Shown: piece by piece, positions 26,636 through 39,214 of the stretch
Layout of the letters: the number at the start of each line of letters is the position of its first letter
Numbering within the stretch: the first letter of the stretch is position 1
From: Dicyema japonicum
Lineage: Eukaryota > Animalia > Dicyemida
Assembly (NCBI GenBank): GCA_011109175.1
Contig: RDEW01000064.1
Coordinates: 8,872-72,871, forward strand
Direction: 5' to 3'
Length of the DNA stretch: 64,000 bases
Notes under the pieces: model-generated
What the model was told of the DNA's origin: nothing
What the model saw: only the letters and a program-made list of their open reading frames with translations
Databases searched by the model: none
Made by a program: the position numbers and the translations under genes

Positions 26636-27218
26636 CGGGAATTAAAAGTTAAATTATTATTTCTCAAACGTTCTTAATAATATAATCGTCAATATATCAG
26701 AATATGTTAGGGTACATAATATCTCTTTACGGATATTTTTTTCAGTCAAGGTTCGCCGCGTGAGCAACGGGAATTAAAAGTTAAATTATTATTTCTCAAA
26801 CGTTCTTAATAATATAATCGTCAATATATCAGAATATGTTAGGGTACATAATATCTCTTTACGGATATTTTTTTCAGTCAAGGTTCGCCGCTCTCAGAAT
26901 TGAAATCGCATTTCGTTTACGATTCGTAAAGAAATAGATTTATAAGCCTGTTCCTTTATCTCTTATTCTTTTTCCTCTTTACGACAGCGATCCAATGTGT
27001 TTCAGTAAGGTTAGTGATCTCCTTCTAATGACTCCTCATGTTTCGAAGACGACTGGTCCAAAAATGAAATGTCCATCAGTAGATTATTATTCCTTTTTCA
27101 CATCGATCCAATGCGTTTCAGTAAGGTTAGTGATCTCCTTCTAATGACTCCTGATGTTTCGAAGACGACTGGTCCAAAAATGAAATGTCCATCAGTAGAT
27201 TAGTATTCCTTTTTCATT
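26628..27218. repeat. Two adjacent tandem duplications (132-bp unit x2 at 26628-26890; 116-bp unit x2 at 26989-27218)
   Basis: gtgagcaacgggaatt at 26628 and 26760; gatccaatg at 26989 and 27105. Confidence 0.9.
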
Positions 27219-28142
27219 CATACAGTTTGAGACAGATGATCCTCCAAGTCCTTTCAATTTCGGGTCTGACAGAATTAGAACTTGTATACTTCATTCATAA
27301 CAGGTTTTCTTAATATCAGAACATCAGATTTCGGTTCTCCCAACTCCGTCACCTCTCCCTGACTCACAAGAAGGAAGGCTAATAAATTGACGCATGTGTT
27401 CGTAAATATCATAGAGTATTATTATTCCTGATATCCACGTATGTGAAGGAAACAATCAATTGAGGGTCATACATTAGCCTGCATGACTATTCCCTCTCTG
27501 GATGGCTAGTGAGACTCGCTCAAACGCCAACAGCGTTCACGTAAATATCTTATTCGTGTAGAAGTCCGATTCTCTGACGACCCAGGAATTTCAGCGTCGA
27601 ATATGGCCTGCTGTATTTGCATGTTGAGTTAACGGAAATTAGGTTTTTATGATCGATTTTGTTTTTCTCAGATAAATTAGTTATTTTTATTTTTACAAAA
27701 ACACTAAGTTCTAATTATTGATCCTCCCAGACATAATTGACGCGGTCGGTTCAAATGGTAGTAATAGATATGAACTGGAATAGTCATTGAGTTTCATGGT
27801 TCGATTCTTACAACACTACCGACCTGGTCGTAGGATTCATTTTTGCCTATTGACTCCTTCAGAGTCATCACTTCATCCACATCTCTCAGGAGACGTCCAT
27901 TTTCCAAAAAGGATTTTTCATCCTTACCCTACAAGAAAGGTTGCTACAATGGGGGATGTGGATAGACCTGGTGCCTTGAAAGGAAGCACTCATACCGTGG
28001 AAACTAGATTTACCTAATAAGCAATTTGTAGACTATCTTTTTTTTATTTTCAATTATTTATGATATGAATCCAGACTGTTGTTACCAAAAACGACATGTG
28101 TTGTATTTTTTATATATATTTGTGGTAAAGACAAGGAGACTA

Positions 28143-28662
28143 ATGTTCAGTCTTGTCCTTCTCTCAGTTTTATCGGTCTCGACTATTCTCTCAGAGAAAT
28201 GTTGTGTTTGAGGTGAATTTAGACTGTTTTAACGAAAAGTGCTACGCTTTCATAAAACAGTGCCAAAGCTATAAAAACGCTAAAAAATTTTGTAGGAAAA
28301 TGGGGGGAGATTTGGCCAACGTCGACAGCAAGGAGACTCAAAAGTACATTTTTGGTGAGCTGAGTGATTTTTATTGTGTAGAGACATTTTTGAAGAAGTA
28401 TAAGAAGTCATTTTACATTGGGGTTAACGATATCGCTGAGGAAGGGAAATTCGTTGATTCTTTGGGAGACGATCTAGTATATCGATAGATAACATAGAAA
28501 TACTCCAATTGGATAAAAAGAGAGCCAAACAATTATGGGAATGAGGACTGTACCGTCATTACTAATCATTGTGGACGCTGGAATGATATACGTTGCGGCA
28601 GAAAACGACCCTTTCTCTGTGAAATTAATGATATTCTTCTTGGAGGTACAATTTGGCATTAA
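28143..28662 (+). CDS. Secreted C-type lectin domain protein with micro-introns
   Basis: ATG 28143 with signal peptide MFSLVLLSVLSVSTILS. Introns 28201-28222 (22 nt), probably 28355-28381 (27 nt, in frame), and 28477-28497 (21 nt). CTLD hallmarks: CY..A..FC..GGDL, YIGVND..EG.F, NW..EPNN..EDC, WND..C..FLCE. A further 21-nt intron at 28646-28666 could change the C-terminus. Confidence 0.85.
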
Positions 28663-29010
28663 ATAGAATCAAACCACCGTAGTTGTTAAAATAGAGTCGG
28701 CAATTACTAATTCTCTAATATATTGATTTCTGTCGTCTCTAACATTTCTCATATTATATTACAAGTCCCAACATTTATTCCTTAGTTTTCAATGTAGCGT
28801 AGTAGTTGCATGGAAAGATAAGTTAGGGCAGTTCATGAGGGAATTGAAGACAAGGAGTCGTGTCTTGGTGGCTTGGACTCTCCGTTAGTATCCCATCCCA
28901 ACCGCTACTATATCTCCGTCATTGAAATACACGCAGGCATATTCTTTTTCTTTTAAAAAGATTATGTTCCCTTTGACGGCCAATTCGTTTTTTTTATTAT
29001 TTATTTATTA

Positions 29011-29290
29011 TTAACCCCGGATACACCGAGAAAGAAGTTTAAGTAAACAACTAATTGAGTGTATCCAGTTTCCACTTCTACGGAGTCCATCCGGAATCAA
29101 CATAAAGAGTAAAAGACGTCCATAGTTGCAGTTGTGGAAACCCCTCCAGTGGAGTAGGGGAGAGCAGATGATCCTTTTTCGTGCCGGCCTGGTACTGGGC
29201 GCCACCCAGACTGGTGGATCACATGACGCCACTCTAATAAGAAGAGAGAGGAGGAACATACGAACAAACAGAAACTTCAACCAATTAGCA
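29011..29290 (-). mobile_element. 3' end of an I-group LINE
   Basis: Ends ccggggttaataat plus an A-rich tail, as does the element ending at ~37440. Confidence 0.6.
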
Positions 29291-29739
29291 TAGCTCGATA
29301 TGAGAAAATTTATTATTTTATTAAACTTTGAAATTTGATTTTAAAATTAAATATAAATAAATTTAATTCGAACATTTCGTTAGGTTAAGAGATATCAAAC
29401 ATAAATAGTTAACATTATTTTAATTGGTTGGTTATCCTCATAACAATGAATGTATATCCACGTGTTTGTTTGTGAAACAGTTCGCGAAACTGAATATTGT
29501 ATCCTTCAAAAATATCAATCAAATCGTTTCCAAATAACTTTTTCTTTAAATTCTGATTTATTTCAGTGATAACAGAGCTTGAAAATAAGTAATATATCGT
29601 GAACCAATAAACGAGTTCCAAATTAACTTTAATTCACAAAATTAACAATCTTTGGCCGGGAAAGTTACAAATAAGCTTGTGCGGTAAAGTGTCAAGGTAC
29701 CTAGATTTCAGAGTTGCTAGGATGTTGTTTCCATAAAAT

Positions 29740-31500
29740 AAAGTCACACAACGAATTGAGAACAACGCTGATGAATCGTCACACAACGAATTGAGAACAA
29801 CGTTTTATAAAACAAATTAGTGAATACCACGCATTCAATAAATCCTTTACGGAAAAGGGTATCCAGGTCGAGGAAAATCCCTTCCAGAAAGTGGTTAGTT
29901 TTGTGGAAGATACAGAAATCGAATCCATTTGATTGTGGGAGGGATTTTGGCTTTTCCAGTGTCAGTGTGATTAACCAATCAATCGATATCCCCACAGGAT
30001 CGACGACCAATAAAACGGAGTATGCTTTATTTGGCTAACAGATGGGATTCAATCATCCGAAACCAAGATGAAACAGAAAGACCACTATAAATCATATGTG
30101 AAGATAAATTTGAATCGACACTTTCTGATCGCTTGGAGATTTGAAGGAGGCGGAGAATGAATTGACGTTTGCCCAGTTGGGAACATTGCACGCATCTTTA
30201 TGATGAGGGGTCTGCATCGGTATCTTTATCCGTTTGGGGTAAGAATATTCCAGACATACTGTTGATTATGGGAGGAATTATCGACTTGGAGAACTAAATG
30301 TTAATTATATCCGAGACAAAGGTAGATAAGATATTGAGGCTAGGAGGAAGAAAGCCTTTAAGCGATGCTGTGCCATGAAAAATTATCTTGTTGAAAAGAG
30401 CATGGGATCCACTATAAAGTTTGCTCTCATTATAAAATCTGACTCGAAGTTGAATGAGGACCAGAATCTATTAATACCACTGGGAGTGACTGTGAAGAAA
30501 ATAGCGGTCTTCCGTCTGAAGGGCTAATCTGACTCGAAGTTGAATGAGGACCAGAATCTATTAATACCACTGGGAGTGACTGTGAAGAAAATAGCGGTCT
30601 TCCGTCTGAAGGGCTATGACCTGCCTTCATACACCAAATCTATTTAGTAATGACTGGTTTACGAGAGATCCCAGAGAGAAGTCCAGACTTATCAAGGATC
30701 CATGATATTTCATCTACCCCTCACGTTTAACCTCACCAAATCTGTATTAATAAAAATTCATTTATTCAAAGGGAGATAATAAATTAAGTAAAAGACCACT
30801 TATTGTTCGGGTCACCGCATTCCACCATCTCTAAGCTTCTGGTTTCGGCATTCACAGCCACGCATCCTTTACTTTTTGGTTGCACGAGAAAGTCTGATTT
30901 CTGAAATGAAAGACAACGAGGATGAATATTTGGTAGTTATTACAATCCTTGCGTTCCTCCACAAAGAAACCCCCAAAATATGTAAGACATAAATCATTTC
31001 GTCTGAGTTTGTTTTCCTTCAAGTAAGTCCAACTCTGATTTAATTCAGCAATAAACCTTGGCATCCCCCGTTTCGTAGCACGTCCAATCCAAAAAGGAAA
31101 TAATCACATTGGATTCGTTAGCTGGTGGTCGATACTTAACTCAGTGTCGACTCTTCTTATCTATAAGATTTATTGGGGTGATATTAAACTGTCCCGACCT
31201 CCTAACCCTCTTTGGGTTAAACTGGGATGGATGTACGTTATCCAGGTATCACTTAAAAGACTTGCAATTCAGCCTTTTCCTGAGGCCGATCCTATCGGGG
31301 ATATTTCCGTAATCCAAGGTCAACTGAATGAGTGAATTGACCTATCGGTCGGCATGGAAAAAAAATCAGAAAATTCCCTGGATCGACACTGACCCACTTC
31401 TGCCAATCATTTAGTCTTCTTTAAGCAACAATTGCTGTCAGTATTTCACTTGTCATAAAACTACGAGGACTGGAAGAAGAATTTGTTCCACGGGAAAAAT
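29740..31500 (-). pseudogene. Possible leucine-rich-repeat gene remnants (weaker similar signal at 26950-27650); includes a 90-bp tandem duplication at 30436-30615
   Basis: Scattered LRR-like phrases (FLEGIFLDLDTL, FLPPSLNIL, IPPIINSM); no continuous frame. Confidence 0.3.
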
Positions 31501-31559
31501 AATCAATAACTTCAATTAAATTGACTACATTATTTGCCGCTTAAAAAAACGTTGTTTGC

Positions 31560-32130
31560 CAGAATTGAATACTTATTGCTTGGATCTGAACTACTAATCC
31601 AAATCCAGACCCGAAACAAGCCAGCTGGCCCAATGGAAAACCTAATAGTGGATTCAGGACTTGTTCACAAAGTCATAGTGGATTCAGAACAGGGAGATCA
31701 ACGGCGGATTTATTATGGAGCCACAAGTAACGCTGCGCTGTAAATCAATGATAACTCGCATAGACTATCCTTGGTTTAGACTTATCGAGGGCCTTTGACA
31801 CGGTGCGTCGAGATCTACTACTGAAGACAGTGGAAGAATTTCTGGACTCTGAATCTTTGAAAATGATAGAGTTCTCATATCCAACCAAAGTTAAGAAATC
31901 GAATTGACAAAAACTACGTCAAGAGAATTCCTATATAATGTGGGTACTCCTCAAGGGGACTCCCTCTCACCTTTGCTATCTGTCATATACTAGGAAACGG
32001 CGATAAGTGATCTTCCAAGATTTTATGAGAGTAACATAGAAGCATCCACTTATGCTGACGACGTTGACTTTACATCGAAAGATAGATCAGACCTATTGGA
32101 AATAGCTCCAAATGAATTCAAAAAATTGTA
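31560..32130 (+). mobile_element. RTE-like RT core fragment
   Basis: LGLDLSRAFDTVRRDLLL, GTPQGDSLSPLL, YADDVDF. Confidence 0.7.
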
Positions 32131-32896
32131 CTTAACATGAATGTTCACAAAACGAACAAAATATTTTTTTAGTCCGAGATCTGGGGCATAGCATTTTTTC
32201 AAGACAGGAACCTGTTATTTGCAAATTCGATACATCATATGCCTGCTGCAACAGGATGCTGAACAGTCACAACATCTAAAGGCACAAGAAAATGTTAGGC
32301 TATTACATTTACACTTTAGCAGAATGTACGGCATCAAAATTCAAAGAAACTGAAGATTCTAGTATAAATAATATAACTCAAACTACTGTAAGGTGCTCTA
32401 TTCAAAGTCATACATGTTGTTTTAACGTGGGACGATGCCATTTCGAAGTATTATAAATATTACGTGTATTCTATCCGACGTCCTCAAAAAACGTTGAATA
32501 GTATGCTTGGTTGAGCATAAATACGAAGAATCCACTATCGAGAACTTCGTTGCAGCAACCAATCATTAATGGAACAAAAAACTCAGTTGAGAACAGTGGA
32601 AAAAAGGAAACGGAGAATTATCAGGTATCAACTCCTCCAAGAAGAAAAAGGTCCAGGTGGAAGAAGCGAGTAATAATGATAATTTAATTGGGTCGATTTT
32701 ATATTAAAAAAATCTGCGAGCGATACCTTTTTTTTATTATTTGCGATAACTAAATTCGGGAGTAACTGGGTATTCCCGATGCTATAAACCAATTAATTTA
32801 TCCCAAAGCTGATTATAAATAGCAAACTGATAAATAATCAGTAAAACACCAAATAAACCCATTTTAGAACTAAAACTAAGTGTAACAATGATCAGA

Positions 32897-33794
32897 TTAT
32901 TTCACGTTTGTTAGAAGCCTGTAAATTGAATAATAACCGCATTGATAGATGCTCAATCTTATTGTATTATTCACAAGTCCGAGTCCTTCGAGTGTGTACA
33001 TTGAGTAAAGTACTTGTTCGTCAGTCGCCATCAGCTTAAGGGACAACAATTTTAGAAAGAACCTTTCGTAATTATCACAAAATTTGTACATTAGGTCAAC
33101 ATGACCTATAAATATAGCTCCAGATACCCAAACTCTTGCTTTTTTTATGACATTTTCGATAGGATATTCTCTATAATTGAATACTTGACTCATAGTGACA
33201 CGTGTATCGTAAATGTATTTTGTTTTTTTCAGTTTATACATTTTTTTAGTTTTTGCGTCACGGAAAAGACCGACATCAACCCAGGCGACGTATGAGAATT
33301 TATGGGAGAACATTTTGATTGCTCGTCTCAAAATATCGTGTTTGGAATTCATGACGGCGGAGTACTTATAATTAGTAGTTACTTTTGGATGTAAGCCAAA
33401 TCCAGGAAGTGTGAAAATATGCTTTATTTCTTCAATTTTTTTAAACCCAATCAATTCTGACCTGTTTAGGTTAATTAAAGAGGTAGGAAGGTTTTTTCTA
33501 ATCTTGCCCATGTATCTTAGGATTTTCTTGTCGTCTGAGAAAAATACAAGATGGTTTTCAATATAGGCAAAATTTCTCATCCACATAAAATACACATTAG
33601 GTCTACGAAGCCCATGTAGTCTCATAAAACCTCCTATATTATAGTATCCACTGACTAATAAGATGTCTTTGTTGTGAACTCTGTCATTTGTCTAAATATT
33701 ATAAACTCTTTACATAAATTTTCCACAACAATATACAAATAACGATCAATAAACTCAAAAACATTATTTGTTTTCTCAGACGTCCAATAAACAT
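32897..33794 (-). CDS. HtrL/YibB-like protein (putative glycosyltransferase-like type II membrane protein), intact copy of 291 aa
   Basis: ATG 33794; exon 1 (33794-33714) MFIGRLRKQIMFLSLLIVICILLWKIY; 22-nt intron 33713-33692; exon 2 open to the stop at 32897. Motifs VSGYYNIG, LVFFSDD, YSAVMNSK, AWVDVG, VSGAIFIG, ATDEQVLY. Confidence 0.8.
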
Positions 33795-35649
33795 GATAAT
33801 TTATTCTATCAGCGATGAATGTGACATATTTATAAAAATAACTGTTACCGTCCGTACGTGGAACTCCGCCATACGTGAAACTCCACAAGAACTAATCAAA
33901 ATATAAATTAGTTCTCTAAGTAATTCAGAATTTTCTAAGTTGAATTTTTTTATTTATTTAACCCAAGAACACCAATAGTTAATTTAATTGTATTAAACTA
34001 ATTAGGTGCTCCCGGCCGCCTCCATCAGGTCTCTGGTGTAGTTTTTAGTTAAAATTGTTAATATTTAAAAACATAAAATAGCAAAAAAATCAGTCAATAA
34101 GAATAGAGTGTCATTTTAATGATATTTTATTATTCTTAATTAACAAAAAACGTTATTAATATTTAAAAATAAAAAAAAATTATTTATTTCTGCACGTGGT
34201 TTTTAGCTTCAAGTTGAACATGTATGAGTTGCGTAAGATACATAAAATAGCAAAAAAATCAGTCAATAAGAATAGAGTGTCATTTTAATGATATTTTATT
34301 ATTCTTAATTAACAAAAAACGTTATTAATATTTAAAAATAAAAAAAAATTATTTATTTCTGCACGTGGTTTTTAGCTTCAAGTTGAACATGTATGAGTTG
34401 CGTAAGATAATCGAATATCTAGAAAATGGATATCTTGATGTGTCGCTTTCAAGAAAGAGTAAACAGCGAATTTGGAGACAAGTTCCATTGCTAGGACGAT
34501 ATAGTCTATTATAGAGTAATTCGATTATAATAGGATTAGGGCAACAATTTATTTTGGCGATTTTTTGTGAGGAAGAAGCAAAACTGAAACAACAATTGAT
34601 AATAGTATTTTTGCCTGTTAATTATTAGAGTGAACACAAGTTTGCACATATGAGGAGAGATCGTTTATTTAGTTTTCTAAGAAAAAAAAATCTACAATTT
34701 AACTCGTGTAGAAGTGGCAGATGCAGTAAAAATGTGTCTACTGTCAGACAGAAAGACTTACTGAGACTAGGCCTCCAATTACTGCTACCATTGCGGAATA
34801 TCCGCGTGATAGGTATATTGCTGATTTGATGGATCTGAGAAGATACTCCAGTTTGATATTCTTGGGTAATATTTCTTCAGTTTACATTTAGATTTATGTA
34901 ATGGTTTATTCTTTTTCGAAGTTTGCTATGGTAGATATAGCTAAATCTAAAACAGCTGAAGAAATATCTCAGATTTTTCAGAATTTTTTTATACCCATGG
35001 ACCACCTATCATACTTTAAACAGAGAATGGTTTGGTGTTCAGAAACTCTTTTCTCAGAGAAATTTGTAACAGGCTAAATGCTAAACATATTTTTGGACGA
35101 CCAAGAGCACCGTGGGTTAAAGGCCAGGTAGAGAGGTGTCATTTATATGATAATGTATAGGTTAAATCAATCTCTTAAAAATGGTTATCATTTCTTCTAC
35201 TGATAGAACTCTGGTAAAATATATCCAGTCTGGGAGATATTGTATTCAGCTACAATACTACCAATCACGAGACCACCGAACATGTTCCTTTCAATATTTT
35301 TAGTGGAGTGGATTATTCGCCAGAAATATCTTATGAACGCTTAAATATATCACTACAGTCTTTGTCACGGGATTCTGCACGAAGGCATACTTTGGTAGCT
35401 GCAGAAAAAATGCGAACGAACAGAAGATGAAAAAATAATGAAGAATCGTTGAATGTAGGAGACAGAGTTATTTTACGAATGGACTGTGACTACAATCAAA
35501 CAACGAAAAAAGGTCAATTATATGAGCACTTGGACACTACAGTTTATCTAGTAGTGGATATACAAGGAACTATGGTCCACATAAATGGTGGCAACTCGGA
35601 AATAATGATAGTCTACCAAAGCCGAGTTAGAAGATTATTTTAAATGACT

Positions 35650-37445
35650 TTCCATTCCTCATATTACTAAACCCCCAAGGGTAACAAAGGCACGATTCGA
35701 AGTATCAATAAGTCATGTTCAAAACCTCATTACAAACTCAAGAAACTCACAAGCCACGGGACCCGATCGGATCAGCATATTCCACCTAAAGCACCTCGGT
35801 CCAAACGGGCTCTTGGCACTTAAAGATATCTACGAATTCTCCATCAACAGGTGTTTCATCCCGATGTTATGGAAGAAGTCTAACATTATCCCAATACTCA
35901 AGAACAACAAAGCTTCCTCCTTGCCCTCTTCGTTCAGGCCAATTTCCTTAACATCTGTTGTCTCAAAAATCCTCGAAAGGATCATTCTTGACTAAATCAC
36001 TCCCTACCTCGACCTCTCCGACTCACAACATGGTTTCCGTCCTTTACACTCGACCACCACGCACTTACTGACACTAACCCAATACATCCCCAACGGTATC
36101 AACAACTGCAAACCCCCGGAACGAACTGTCTTGGCCTCTATTGACCTAACTAAAGCTTTCGACAGAATCTCCCGTGTGGTCATCTGCAACAAGATCTATT
36201 CTACAAATATTCCCTCTGTATGGAAGTCATGGCTCACAAATTTCCTCTCGGGAAGACTGGGTCATACGCGTCTATATTCAAATCTATCAAGGTATCGACT
36301 CCTACCAAACGGTGTTCCGCAGGGATCAGTCCTTTCACCCTAACTTTTTAACCTTTACGTCAAAGACATCCCAACAACCCAAAATACGTTACTATTGACA
36401 TATGCCGATGATCTAGTAATCGCATCCAGGAGTGGCGATGTTCGACTGGCCACCGAAAAAGTGCAGTATCACCTGAACTTGCTATCCGACTGGATGAACT
36501 TAAACTGGATGAGTGTATCCTCCTCGAAGTCATCAGCTACCCTGTTCACAACCGATCGAAGACAATTCAACTTAAACCCCACACTCTCGTTGGGAGACGA
36601 ACCACTCCCCTTTATTAAATACCCGAAGATCCTTGGAGTTGTCTTCGATCCTTCACTCTGTTTCAACAGACAAGTGGAGGAAGTAATGACAAAAGCCAAG
36701 CGGAAACTTAACATATTACGGGCAGTAGCTGGCCACTCAAACGGTCAGCAAAAAGAAAACTTAACTCTTCTCTACAAACAATTCATCAGGACTACACTCA
36801 ACTACGCCTCACCAAGTTGGGCCCCCTCAATCTCCTTGTCCCTTTCTCAAGAACTGCAGAAAGTGCAAAACTCGGCGCTGAGAATAATAACTGGCAGCTT
36901 AAAGTCAACCCCCACCGACCATTTACATTGGGAGTCGAAAATCCTCCCGCTATATGACCACCTGGAAATGCGTAATTTACAATTCCTACGGCAGTCGTTC
37001 GACCCGAATCACCCAGTTCACGCTCTGCTAAGTAACAATAACCGCAGATACATACGCAGGACCCTCTTTGACCTACAAAGAGCCTTGTCGAAGATCACCC
37101 CCCCTCAAGAAGACTCAACTTGGACCCGCCGAATCCATGATTTCATCTCGACACGGGCCATTAGGACACTTCAATATAACAAAGTCTTGGAGCGCTTCCC
37201 CCCCTGATATCAGTCCAACGGAACAATCGCTCCCGAGGAAGATCAGAATCGTACTGGCTCGCCTACGATGTGGACACCACCCTTTCCTGGCTGGCAGAGT
37301 AGTTCGGGACCTTTTTCCCTGCCCTGGACCACCGGATGCAAAAGTCGAGGATCTCTGGGAGCGGCCTGTCCGGACTGCACACTCTCTGATGGTCGCCGGC
37401 TTCCCACTTGCTGGCGAAGCCGGGGTTAATAATTTAATTTAATTT
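35650..37445 (+). mobile_element. 5'-truncated I-group LINE nested in the Ginger element
   Basis: FRPISLTSVVSKILE, QHGFRP, IDLTKAFD, GVPQGSVLSP, YADDL, KILGVVFD; a few stops; short (ATTTA)n tail. Confidence 0.85.
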
Positions 37446-37539
37446 AATCGTTAAAATTAGAATTAGACATGGTTAAAAGATAGGTTTCATGATATTTTTA
37501 GGTTTAAGGATAAAAATTACGGTTTAAAGTTAGGATTTA

Positions 37540-37800
37540 TATTTAGGGATATAGATTAGAGTTAGGGTTAGGGTTAATGATTAGTGTTTGGGTTAGGATT
37601 AGGGTTATGGTTTAAGTTAGGGTTTATGATTAGGGCTAGGTTTTAAGTTAGGGTTAATGATTAGGGCTAGGGTTTAAGTTAGGGTTTATGATTAGGGTTA
37701 GGGTTTAAGTTAGGGTTTATGATTAGGGATTGGTTTAGGATTAGGGTTAGTAGTAGGATTAAGGTTAGTGTTCTAGATTAGGGTTTAGGTTTTATGTTTA
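37540..37800 (+). repeat. Degenerate TTAGGG-like array with four 31-bp higher-order units (37598-37721)
   Basis: Unit attaggg(t/c)ta(g/t)g(g/t)tttaagttagggtt(t/a)atg repeated four times, flanked by looser TTAGG(G) sequence. Confidence 0.85.
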
Positions 37801-38189
37801 AGTAGGAGTTTCAATAGTATTGAACTTATTTTAGTTAGTAGGGAAGTAGCTAAGAAAGTAAATTTTTAATATTAAAAGTTTATTTTTGCTAAGTTTTTTT
37901 TTAAATGTTTAATAAATAAATAATAACATTTCCTACATTAATTGTATTCAATTGTTTCTGGTTGTTCTATTTTTTGATTTTGAATGAATAATTAATTCCA
38001 TATATCCAATGGATTTGAAAAAATTTGTATATTTAACTAAATGCAAAAAAAATCGATTGAGTTCCACCTACGGAAGGTGACAATAACTCAAAGGAATTTT
38101 ATTTTGTTTAAAGGAAATGAAAAAATCAAGAAAAAACTGATACACGTGATTGTTGAACATCCTCTTGGCTATTTCGTCGAGGTTTTCAG

Positions 38190-38765
38190 GTGTTAGAAGC
38201 TGTAATTATAATTGTTGTACTTACTTTGCGTTCACAGTATGGTGAGTTGAAACAACACTCTGAGATCCTAAGCTTTGTATTTTCTTCTTCAGGACAGAAC
38301 TTGTTTTTTGCATATAAATATTCAATATGTAACCATTGTAAGAAGTCGAAAAAGTCGGTGGATCATATATCTACACGTTGCAATAAGATCCTTGACAGCG
38401 ACACATAGATGACATGATGAAGTGGTTGGATACATACATTTGCACCTATGCAGAATGTACGGCATCAAGAAGTCAAAGAAACTGAAGACAAATTCTATAA
38501 ATTCAATAGTCAATTCTCAGAGAGTTGAAGTCGGGATGAACCCTTCAAAAAGACAGATACTCAGGTCAGGTTCAATGAACCTGTTATTTTTGTCCACGAT
38601 AAAGTGAAGAATGAATTACTTCTCAAGCGTTATTGTAGTCAATTCTCAGAGAGTTGAAGTCGGGATGAACCCTTCAAAAAGACAGATACTCAGGTCAGGT
38701 TCAATGAACCTGTTATTTTTGTCCACGATAAAGTGAAGAATGAATTACTTCTCAAGCGTTATTGA
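38190..38765 (+). mobile_element. R4-like RLE-domain fragment with a 129-bp tandem duplication
   Basis: CNHCKKSKKSVDHISTRC, then VGYIHLHLC; homologous to 16.5 kb. Confidence 0.7.
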
Positions 38766-39214
38766 GAACCAGTGAAGTAGAAAAGTTTCATAGGACGATT
38801 TATTGACTGCAGAGCTTAAGCTACTTATGGTGCTCCAGTGAAAGTTGTTTCAACTGGGACGGTGTGGTTTCGAAGGCCTGTAGATCTCATTTGGGAACCA
38901 TCGGATGGATGCGCCAACCAGAACATACATCCTATCCGTTGTCCACAAACAGACGTTGGATAGCATATTGGTGGATTATAAGTATGAGGTCCACACGATC
39001 GAGGAAAATCTGGCTACAGCAACCAATCACATGGTGGAGTTGGCAGCCCAGTACAATGAACTGAGTGAGTGAGGTGGAAACTGATTGGATCCGGTCAACG
39101 ATTCGCTAGCAATGTAGATGAGGTTCTAATAAACCAAATGGCTCCGTCGCTTCATGTGAGAAACCCACCAGATTGCAAACACACAGGTTTAAGTGGATCC
39201 TTTGGACTTACCGA

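Larger units (their letters stand above)
33843..38082 (+). mobile_element. Ginger2/Tdd-like integrase DNA transposon with complete termini and intron-containing integrase
   Basis: TIRs 33843-33866 and 38059-38082 (21/24 match, TGT..ACA); TSD ATAAC at 33838-33842 and 38083-38087. Integrase ~34410-35640 (H..H zinc motif, ADLMDL, FSKFA, GRPRAPW..GQVER, PFNI) with introns 34605-34628, 34866-34890 and 35136-35160; frameshifted. Includes a 169-bp tandem duplication at 34071-34408. Confidence 0.85.
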
